Below are positions 48,291 through 56,084 of a DNA stretch of 64,000 nt, one piece after another. The DNA comes from Minisyncoccota bacterium (GTDB lineage Bacteria > Patescibacteriota > Minisyncoccia > Phycocordibacterales > DATDWN01), in the NCBI GenBank assembly GCA_041658985.1, contig JBAZZC010000001.1:1813-65812 (forward strand), written 5' to 3'. A program made the translations under genes and the position numbers. The notes under the pieces are model-generated. The model did not search any database, had not been told where the DNA came from, and worked only from the letters and a program-made list of their open reading frames with translations. Numbering within the stretch: the first letter of the stretch is position 1; every line of letters begins with the position of its first letter.

Positions 48291-49507
48291 CTATTTAATA
48301 CTGTCTCCTATTGAATATATAGGACTAATAATCGAGATAGCAAAAATTCCAACCGCCACACCTATAAAAACCATCAGCACCGGTTCAATAACCGACGACA
48401 TATCTTTGGTTTTTTGGTCTATTTCTTCTTCATAAAACAAAGCAACGTTTAAAAGCATATCCCCCGTCTTACCTGTTTCCTCACCCACTGAAACCATTTC
48501 GGAAACAAAGATTGGATAAAGGTCGTGATGTGCAGAAAAAACCGATGACATTGTCGTGCCTTTTTGAACTGAAATCTGAATTTCATTTAAAACTTCTTTG
48601 TAGTATGAATTCTGCAACACATCTTTCGTTACCCCAGAGGCCACAACAATATCTACCCCAGAGGAAAGCAATGATGATAGAGTTCTAGCTGTGCGAGCGG
48701 CATTAATCTGTCTGGTAACACCACCAATTATTGGTAACTTTAACAAAACAAAATCTAGAAATCTTTGACCTCTCTTTGTTCTAATTGCAAAAATAAAAGC
48801 CAAGACTAACAAAATAAAACCAAATAAAACAAAAATAAAGTATGAAACAAGAAAATTGCTTGTACCAATAATCATCCGTGTAGAAAAGGGAAGGTCCAAA
48901 CCCAACCCTGTAAATGTGGCGGTAAGAGTCGGCACCATATAAATCATCATGAGCACACCAATCGCTACCATTAAAACAAGGATAATAACTGGGTACATTA
49001 AAGCCCCCCTTATTTTTCTGTTTAACTGATAAGTTTTTTCCATCTGCAAAGCGACATTTTGTAAAGCAGAGGAGAGATTTCCAGATTCCTCCCCCGCTCT
49101 AACCATAGAGGTAAAAAGTGAAGAGAATACTTTTGGGTAAGCTTTCATAGAATCACTAAGTGTGGTTCCACGACTTAAGGATGCGTTAAATCGTTTAAAA
49201 CTTTTTTGAAAAGATTTTTTGCTTCTCTTTCCATTATTGAAAGAGCTCTAGTTATGGGCAACCCAGCATCTATCATTTTCGATAAATTTCTAGCAAAAAT
49301 AATTTTGTCGTGTGTTTTGATGTTATCAAGAAATGGCAAAAAATTTGAAATATTAAATGTTGATTTATTTTGTGCTTCTTCGGCAAAGACAACTGAGTTA
49401 CCGTCAGTTTTAATTAAGTGGTACAAAGCAAATTTATCTTTTGCTTCCATTGTCCCTTCAGTTTGCTTACCTTCTTTATTTACTGTTTTGTAATGAAATA
49501 GTGGCAT
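48291..49507 (-). pseudogene. pilC: pilC (GspF-family platform protein) split by stop and +1 frame change near 49148-49177
   Basis: N-terminal GspF part 49175-49507 and C-terminal T2SSF repeats 48291-49148 in different frames. Confidence 0.55.
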
Positions 49508-49529
49508 GGGTTTGAATGATTCAAAATCT

Positions 49530-49640
49530 CTTTCTCGTCATATCTCTCAGAGAGACACGCATAAATTTTTGCTAAAATTTTGCTTGAGTTCGCACCGTCG
49601 TGCTCACTAGTCTCTCTTCGAGATATGAGTCAACGAATTT
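49530..49640. repeat. type-B inverted-repeat element (copy 2, inverted)
   Basis: reverse complement matches 41045-41150. Confidence 0.6.
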
Positions 49641-49736
49641 TTCAAGTCATACTTTATATAATTGTATCAAAAATAAATTTTATTTACATAGAACTTGTGT
49701 ATAAAAACTTTTATAAACATAAAGCCCCTCACCAAT

Positions 49737-49765
49737 TTGCCAAATTGGTGAGGGACTAAGTGTTA
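49737..49765 (-). terminator. perfect 14-bp-stem palindrome ccctcaccaatttg c caaattggtgaggg after gene D
   Basis: exact palindrome followed by T-rich tract on minus strand. Confidence 0.6.
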
Positions 49766-49787
49766 GAGAGTCAAGGGGCCATGGGGA

Positions 49788-50450
49788 CTAGGCCACCACG
49801 GGGGCGGTCAGTTGCGGGAAGACGAAGCGATGACGATCCTCGCCGTCCCAGACGTGGTCGAGCGACAGCCGGTGGGCGCGGACGTGGAGACCAAAGGGGC
49901 AGACGCGCACGCTCGCAACGAAGAACTCGTTGTCCTTCTTCACGAGGAAGAAGGTTCCGTAGCCATCCATTCTCAACCAGTCCTGGTGGGTCTCGCAGAA
50001 TGAGATGACCTGACCCTGGGTCATGACCAGATTGTCCAGAGGGACGCCGACATTGGCGTAAATGTCAACGAACTTGCCATTGCGGACGAGCTCGTGAACT
50101 TCCACGTCCGTGTTGGGGGTTGCCACTCCTTCCACGTCGAGACCGTAGTTGACGAAGTCGGGGTCGATGTAACCCCGAAACACCGTCTTGGCCTTGGCGA
50201 TAGTCCGCTTGCCCTTGCAGGCAGAGATGGTCAAAGTCTCCCCGCCCGAGACGAGACGGAGGTAGAAAGCGGACTTCTTGGTCGGCTTCACCACCTTCGG
50301 CATGATGTCGGCGTCGCCGTCGAGGTATGCCTTGATCATCCGAAGACGACCACCCGACCCAATGAGATTTACTTGTTCGGGGGTTAAGCCATCCTCTTCA
50401 AATCTGTCCGACAACCACTTCATCTGGTCAATCGTGTAGAGTAAGGACAT
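49788..50450 (-). CDS. GC-rich orphan protein D (unknown function)
   Basis: GC-rich ORF; AGAAAGGG SD then ATG at 50450; consensus promoter 50599-50627 and structured leader upstream. Confidence 0.6.
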   Translation of the reverse strand: MSLLYTIDQMKWLSDRFEEDGLTPEQVNLIGSGGRLRMIKAYLDGDADIMPKVVKPTKKSAFYLRLVSGGETLTISACKGKRTIAKAKTVFRGYIDPDFVNYGLDVEGVATPNTDVEVHELVRNGKFVDIYANVGVPLDNLVMTQGQVISFCETHQDWLRMDGYGTFFLVKKDNEFFVASVRVCPFGLHVRAHRLSLDHVWDGEDRHRFVFPQLTAPVVA

Positions 50451-50598
50451 CGTCCTACCCTTTCTGGCACATCGTGCCAATGCTGGCTCAGCGGGATGCT
50501 TTGCCACAGCAGAAAAGGTCATTGTTTTAGGGCACTTTCTGCTATGGCAAATCTTATTTTTGACTCTATAACACTTTTAAAGAACTGCTTAACTTATT

Positions 50599-50627
50599 AT
50601 ATTATACACCCCTAAACCACTTTAGTC
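50599..50627 (-). promoter_or_regulatory. consensus sigma70 promoter TTGACT-17-TATAAT for gene D with upstream A/T UP-like tract
   Basis: perfect -10, 5/6 -35, 17-bp spacer; paralogous copy upstream of gene E. Confidence 0.6.
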
Positions 50628-51056
50628 AAGGTGTGAGATTTACACAAAAACTTTCAAATTTAGGCAAAACCTGAGGCGTAAGCCTCGGTTTGCGCTCGTC
50701 GTTCCAACGGTTGAACGTGGCGAAATGTACAGAATACCATCCAAACCACCTCCCCTAGAAATTCTTTTGAAGATTTCGGGGTTGAATATAATTTCGCATC
50801 ATAATGCGTCAGTATTCTGCACCAAGTATCTTCATTTTTTTGAAGTGTCTACATAAGTCCTCCGTCTGAAACCGTGGTCGCAGACGCTCTCAACTTATCC
50901 CAACAAGTGAGGAGCGTGTAAGAATTTATTCTTACGACGTCCGAGTGCCGTCGAGACAAAGGGTACAACCCTTTATGGATACTGGATTCGGCCGCCAGAA
51001 ACCTTAATCTCCAGCAAGATTCACCTACTACCATATTTAGTATAACAAATTTTTTT

Positions 51057-51193
51057 ATCCGCACACCAACTTTGCCATCGTTTTTATGTTCTGTCTTGAT
51101 AGGTTATAAGATAAAAAAAATTATGTATAAATATTAAAATATTATTGATTTGTTTTTGTAAAAACAGAGCTATGGCAAAGTTGGTGTGCGGAT
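51057..51193. repeat. family-1 inverted-repeat element copy 5
   Basis: ATCCGCACACcaactttgccatcg...ctatggcaaagttggtGTGTGCGGAT. Confidence 0.75.
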
Positions 51194-51249
51194 ATATCAA
51201 AAAACCGGCCACAGAAACTGTGCCGGGGTGCAGGGCTGAGGTCAAAGGT

Positions 51250-51906
51250 TCAAGGAGAACCGAGACCCCAGCCCTTAGAACTTACTTGCGGACGCCAGCG
51301 AACCACCAGTAGGCGTCCCAGGCGTAGTCGTGGCGGTTTGACGTGCACGCGGCGCCCGCCGTGCCAACGGCGGAACGTGGCGAAACACCACTTGCCGTTC
51401 TCATCCTTCCAGTGCGTACCGTGAAGATGTGTGTCGGCGAAGGTGGGGTCCGCCTCGTTGACAGCAGCGACGGAGTACGGATCAGCGGGCTTGAGACCCG
51501 CAAACTCGTACTCCTTCTCCAAATCGTCGTCACTGATGACGCCGTTTTTGTAGGCCTCCGGACGAGGCTTGAAGAAAACGACCTCCGTCGGTCCGCCCGT
51601 ACCTTTCGGCATGGTCGCGACGACGCCGGCGTCAACGTACTGTTTCCGGCCCGTCGCCTTGAGCGTCGCTTCCGGAGTGCGCGTGTTGTCCACGTCGACC
51701 AGTCGAATGATGAGGTTGGCCAACGATTCGACCAGCTCGCGGAACACCGCGAACATCCTCATGCCGAGATTGTCCACCCCCAGCGCCTGCTGGGCGCCAT
51801 CCTTCGGAGTTTCCGCCTGATGCTTGCGCATGGCAGCACGGAGTTGGTCCACAACCGTGTCAATCTGTCCGTCGGTCATCGGAGATGCGGTCATGGTCTG
51901 TGCCAT
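51250..51906 (-). CDS. GC-rich orphan protein E (unknown function; 3' end/frame uncertain)
   Basis: GC-rich ORF with AAAGGA SD; promoter 52027-52055; hairpin terminator about 51200-51232 followed by family-1 element. Confidence 0.55.
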   Translation of the reverse strand: MAQTMTASPMTDGQIDTVVDQLRAAMRKHQAETPKDGAQQALGVDNLGMRMFAVFRELVESLANLIIRLVDVDNTRTPEATLKATGRKQYVDAGVVATMPKGTGGPTEVVFFKPRPEAYKNGVISDDDLEKEYEFAGLKPADPYSVAAVNEADPTFADTHLHGTHWKDENGKWCFATFRRWHGGRRVHVKPPRLRLGRLLVVRWRPQVSSKGWGLGSP

Positions 51907-52026
51907 GGCGTCATCCTTTCGTGACTAGGCAACTGTATTGTCGCCATAGTTTTTAATTTACAAGATGTTTATGAACTAAAAACTATGGCGACTTGCAAGT
52001 AAGTATCAAAGAACTTAACTTTCTGT

Positions 52027-52055
52027 ATTATACACCCTTAATCAGTTTCCGTCAA
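52027..52055 (-). promoter_or_regulatory. consensus sigma70 promoter TTGACG-17-TATAAT for gene E
   Basis: paralog of D promoter module (about 85% identity over about 100 bp). Confidence 0.6.
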
Positions 52056-52163
52056 GGCGTGACATTTGACACAAAAACTTTCAAATTTAGGCAAAACCCG
52101 AGGCGTAGGCCTCAGTTTGTGCTCGTAGGATTTTTGCTCAAGGTTGTGTATTTGGGGGCTTTC

Positions 52164-52272
52164 ATATTTGGATGCAGTTCGAGGCGGACGAAAAAAATAA
52201 CCCGAGCCTTACTTGTCGTAAGGTGAGGGCTATTTTTTAAAGTCCAACAAAGAAATGCGCCAAATATGAAAG
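52164..52272. repeat. family-2 structured palindromic element copy g
   Basis: catatttggatgcagttcgaggcgga...gagCCTTACttgtcGTAAGGtga...aatgcgccaaatatg; abuts pilB stop codon. Confidence 0.75.
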
Positions 52273-52275
52273 TCC

Positions 52276-54027
52276 CTATTCGGAGGTAGCGCGCAGTACC
52301 TCTTCTATGGTCGTAATCCCCTGCACTGCTTTAAATATACCATCTTCAAACATGGTCAGCATTCCTTCTTTTTCTGCCTGGGCCTGTATGGCATCTGACG
52401 TGCCAGATTTTAAAATAATTTCTTTAATGGTTGGGGTCATTTTTAAAATTTCATGTACTCCAACACGACCAGAATAACCATCGTCTCCCGAGACATCTTT
52501 CTTCATTCTCCAGAACGGTATTTTATCCCACGTTTCTGTCTTTCCCACGACTTTTTCGCTTCTTAGGGCTTCCAAAACTTTCGTCAAATTAACAGATTTG
52601 CCAAGTGTATCAAGTTCTCCCTTGGTCAAAATATATTTTTCTTTTTTATCTGTTAGTTTTCTCACTAACCTTTGAGCAATAATTACATTAATAGTGGAAA
52701 CAAGAAGAAACGGCTCAACTTTCATATCAATAAGCCGAGGAATGGCTCCAGCTGCGGAGTTGGTGTGAAGAGTTGAAAGGACAACATGTCCAGTAAGAGA
52801 AGCGTTGATAGCTAGAGCCGCTGTTTCGTTATCGCGAATCTCACCGACCATAATAATATCTGGGTCTTGGCGAACAAGAGTGCGCAATCCATTGGCAAAC
52901 GTCAGTCCAATTTCAGGACGAACTTGGGTTTGGTTGATTCTTTTCATTTGGTACTCAATTGGGTCTTCAACGGTAGAAATATTAACATCAGGAGTATTTA
53001 AAATATCGAGAATTGTATAAAGAGTTGTGGTTTTTCCTGAACCAGTCGGACCAGTGGTCAGAATCATCCCTGTAGTTGATTTTACTGCAGCATGGATTCT
53101 TTCTAACCCTTCACCATGAAAATGAAGTGACTCCAATGTAAATCCAGAAACATTTTCTCGCAAGAGTCTCATGACCACTTTTTCTCCATAATAAGTCGGT
53201 AAGGTCGAAACACGAAATGAAACTTTTTCGCCATCCGAATCAATTTTAAATCTTCCGTCTTGAGGAAGACGCTTTTCGTCCAACTTTAGACTTGATAATA
53301 CTTTTATACGAGCAACAATACTTGGAGCCATGTTTTTTGGTAAAATCATGGCATCGTGTAAAAGACCGTCAAGACGATATCGAACCAATAGTTCTTTTTC
53401 CTGTGGTTCAATATGAATATCGGATGCATTTTGTAAAATGGCGTGTTTTAGTAAGGTGTCAACAATACGCACAACCGGAACATCATCCGCCAGTTTTCTT
53501 AAATCTTCTTCGCTGGTTGCTGCTTCTTCTTCATCAAAAATATTTTTTATTGAGTCAGCGTCTTTTTGAATCAAGTCGCCAAATTCTGCTTTTAGTGATT
53601 TTTGATACTGCAGAATAGCACTTTTCATCGACTCAGCATCAGTTAGACGAGGAAGGATTTTTAAACCAACTTTCTTTTTAACAAAATCAATTGCAGTGAG
53701 GTCTTCTGTATCAAGCATGGCCACTTCCAAAGCTGTATCAGTCTTCTTGAAAGCAACGATATTGTGATTACGAGCAATTGGCTCCGGAATAAGAGAAAGA
53801 ACTTCAAAAGGTAGTTTTTCTTTTTTCAGGTCGACAAAAGGAATACCAAGAATGTAGGCCTGCATCCGACGAAAGTCGTCCTCTGTCATCTTTCCTTTAC
53901 TTACCAAAATTTTTCCAAGACTTCCTCCAGTTTCTTTGCTTTCTTTTTCAGCGAGCTCCAAATCACTTCGTGAGACAAGACCTGAGTCTAGGATAAACTC
54001 TTTTAATTGTGCTTCTTCAATATGCAT
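52276..54027 (-). CDS. pilB: type IV pilus assembly ATPase PilB (GspE family)
   Basis: N-terminal GSPII_E_N domain, Walker A GPTGSGKTTTLY, Asp/His boxes. Confidence 0.9.
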   Translation of the reverse strand: MHIEEAQLKEFILDSGLVSRSDLELAEKESKETGGSLGKILVSKGKMTEDDFRRMQAYILGIPFVDLKKEKLPFEVLSLIPEPIARNHNIVAFKKTDTALEVAMLDTEDLTAIDFVKKKVGLKILPRLTDAESMKSAILQYQKSLKAEFGDLIQKDADSIKNIFDEEEAATSEEDLRKLADDVPVVRIVDTLLKHAILQNASDIHIEPQEKELLVRYRLDGLLHDAMILPKNMAPSIVARIKVLSSLKLDEKRLPQDGRFKIDSDGEKVSFRVSTLPTYYGEKVVMRLLRENVSGFTLESLHFHGEGLERIHAAVKSTTGMILTTGPTGSGKTTTLYTILDILNTPDVNISTVEDPIEYQMKRINQTQVRPEIGLTFANGLRTLVRQDPDIIMVGEIRDNETAALAINASLTGHVVLSTLHTNSAAGAIPRLIDMKVEPFLLVSTINVIIAQRLVRKLTDKKEKYILTKGELDTLGKSVNLTKVLEALRSEKVVGKTETWDKIPFWRMKKDVSGDDGYSGRVGVHEILKMTPTIKEIILKSGTSDAIQAQAEKEGMLTMFEDGIFKAVQGITTIEEVLRATSE

Positions 54028-54189
54028 ATGAGTAGTTGAAAGTTTATAAAGTCCATAAAATCAAAAGTGAACTAAAATTTACTTTATAGACTTTGGACTT
54101 CACGACTTTTGACTCATTCATTATATCAAAAAAATATCTTTTTACATAAAAAATGTGTATAAGAAAATAAAATTAAAAACGTATTATAT

Positions 54190-54603
54190 CTATCCCTTAA
54201 TACCACGGACTTCCATCTCTTTTTCAATAAGCCTGAGTGATATCATTTCACTAAGACGATGTGTAGAATCCCGAGACACATCTAAATCTTGAAATGCTAC
54301 CCGAAGTTCTTCATCACTCAATTTTTTTATTCTTTGTTCCTCATTGTATTCAAACTGTGCTCTACCTTCTGCACCATCGGCATCTCTCTCAAGGTCTTTT
54401 ATACCATCTTCAATACTATTCCGACGACTATAAGATTCTGTTCTCGGACCCATTGTTTCTAATAAGGCCGTATCCTCCTTTATCCTTTCACGAGATATTT
54501 TTCCAGCTTTAGCCATTACTTGAGCTTCTTCTATATTTACAACTCTTCCTGAAGCTTCATCTTCAGGGGTTGAAAAGAATCCTTTTAATTCTTCTTTAGA
54601 CAT
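54190..54603 (-). CDS. hypothetical charged protein (137 aa)
   Basis: ORF upstream of pilB. Confidence 0.4.
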   Translation of the reverse strand: MSKEELKGFFSTPEDEASGRVVNIEEAQVMAKAGKISRERIKEDTALLETMGPRTESYSRRNSIEDGIKDLERDADGAEGRAQFEYNEEQRIKKLSDEELRVAFQDLDVSRDSTHRLSEMISLRLIEKEMEVRGIKG

Positions 54604-54685
54604 AAAATTTTTGTTAGAGTAATAATTAAGTTACATACTAAGAATATCTCGTACCTATTTTTTTAACAAGCCCTACTTATAATCA

Positions 54686-54715
54686 TTGACAAAAATATAT
54701 CGTTTATGCTAATAT
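54686..54715 (+). promoter_or_regulatory. sigma70 promoter TTGACA-18-TAATAT for nusA
   Basis: consensus hexamers. Confidence 0.55.
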
Positions 54716-54731
54716 AGCACTATTGAAGTTC

Positions 54732-54757
54732 GCCCACCCGGGCGGGCCATTTTTTTA
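54732..54757 (+). terminator. leader hairpin gcccacccgggcgggc + U7 (putative attenuator) in nusA 5' UTR
   Basis: GC stem followed by ttttttt between promoter and nusA start. Confidence 0.5.
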
Positions 54758-54821
54758 GGGAAAATTCGTAGCCATTCGTAGATTCGCATTATTCGCATAT
54801 TCGTATATAACAATAAATAAC

Positions 54822-55991
54822 ATGATGGATTTAAAGGTAATTAACTCAGTGCTAGCCCAGCTGGAGGAAGAGCGTGGTATCCCAAGAGAAAAAATCTTGG
54901 AGGCTATTGAACTTGCTTTGGCTACTGCATACAAAAGAGAGTACGGTAAAAAGGGCCAAATTATTCGGGCAAAATTTGATATAAACACAGGAAAAACTGA
55001 AATGTTTCAGGTTAAAATTGCTGTAGACGAAAGTACTGTTGCTATGAACGAAGATGAAATCCCTACTGATATAAAAGAGGGTGAAAAAGAAATGGATTTA
55101 TACAATCCCGAACATCATATGATGCTCTCCGACGCTCGTCGCATAAAGAAAGACGTTGTGTTAGGTGAAGAAATGATATTTCCCCTTGAAGCCCAGGATG
55201 ACTACAGCCGTATCGCTGCCCAAACAGCAAAACAAGTCATTATGCAAAAAATCCGTGAGGCAGAAAAAGTTTCTGTTATGTCAGAATATGGTAAAAGAGA
55301 GGGTGAGATTGTCACTGGCACGGTTCAAAGAATAGAGAGAGGTAATGTTTTTATTGATATGGGTCGAGCTACAGGCTTACTTCCCTATGAAGAACAGATT
55401 CCAGGTGAGAGATTTGGACAAGGAGAAAGAGTCCGAGCATATTTATATAGAGTGGAAGAGTCAGGAAAGGGTGTTTTCTTACGACTTTCTCGTTCACACC
55501 CAAAGCTGTTGGAAAAATTATTTGAAGCAGAAACTCCAGAAATAGCTAATGGCACAGTGATTATAAAATCAGTGGCTAGAGAGGCTGGTAGTCGTACTAA
55601 AATAGCTGTTAGCTCAACCGACCAGCACATTGACCCAGTTGGTTCAATGGTTGGACAGAGAGGAGTCCGAGTTTCGACGGTTATGTCAGAACTTGGTGGT
55701 GAAAAAATTGATATTATTGAGTGGTCAGAAGACCCAAAGAAGTTTATAGAAGACGCCCTCTCACCAGCAAAGGTTTTATCTGTAACACTAAACGAGGAAG
55801 AAAAGCAGGCCACAATCATGGTTTCGGAAGACCAACAATCTTTAGCAATTGGAAAAGGTGGTCAAAATGTTCGACTAGCAGCCAAACTGACTGGATGGAA
55901 GATTGACATACAATCAGCCACAAATAAACCCGACATATCAAGAGACATCTTGGCTCACGAGGAAGAAGAACCAGAAGAGAGTGTTGTCTAG
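54822..55991 (+). CDS. nusA: transcription termination/antitermination factor NusA
   Basis: N-terminal domain, S1 and two KH domains. Confidence 0.9.
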   Translation: MMDLKVINSVLAQLEEERGIPREKILEAIELALATAYKREYGKKGQIIRAKFDINTGKTEMFQVKIAVDESTVAMNEDEIPTDIKEGEKEMDLYNPEHHMMLSDARRIKKDVVLGEEMIFPLEAQDDYSRIAAQTAKQVIMQKIREAEKVSVMSEYGKREGEIVTGTVQRIERGNVFIDMGRATGLLPYEEQIPGERFGQGERVRAYLYRVEESGKGVFLRLSRSHPKLLEKLFEAETPEIANGTVIIKSVAREAGSRTKIAVSSTDQHIDPVGSMVGQRGVRVSTVMSELGGEKIDIIEWSEDPKKFIEDALSPAKVLSVTLNEEEKQATIMVSEDQQSLAIGKGGQNVRLAAKLTGWKIDIQSATNKPDISRDILAHEEEEPEESVV

Positions 55992-56033
55992 TAGTAGAAG
56001 TTGATGTAGTATCTCTTATTATTAGTTAAAAAC

Positions 56034-56078
56034 CCCGACGCTACGGTCGGGGAACCGACCGTAGCGTCGGCTTTAAAA
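56034..56078 (+). terminator. bidirectional intrinsic terminator: perfect 16-bp stem CCGACGCTACGGTCGG-GGAA-CCGACCGTAGCGTCGG
   Basis: exact inverted repeat with GNRA loop, A-tract before and T-tract after. Confidence 0.75.
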
Positions 56079-56084
56079 ATTATC

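Noticed and set aside
49788-51906. Diversity-generating retroelement (TR/VR) relation between the 3' ends of D and E
   Set aside because: The shared 24-nt stretch differs at non-adenine positions. No reverse transcriptase in the window. The similarity is better explained by tandem duplication.
56034-56078. Perfect 16-bp inverted repeat with GGAA loop as a possible regulatory RNA or protein site
   Set aside because: Position between convergent/adjacent genes with flanking A- and T-tracts fits a simple bidirectional intrinsic terminator.
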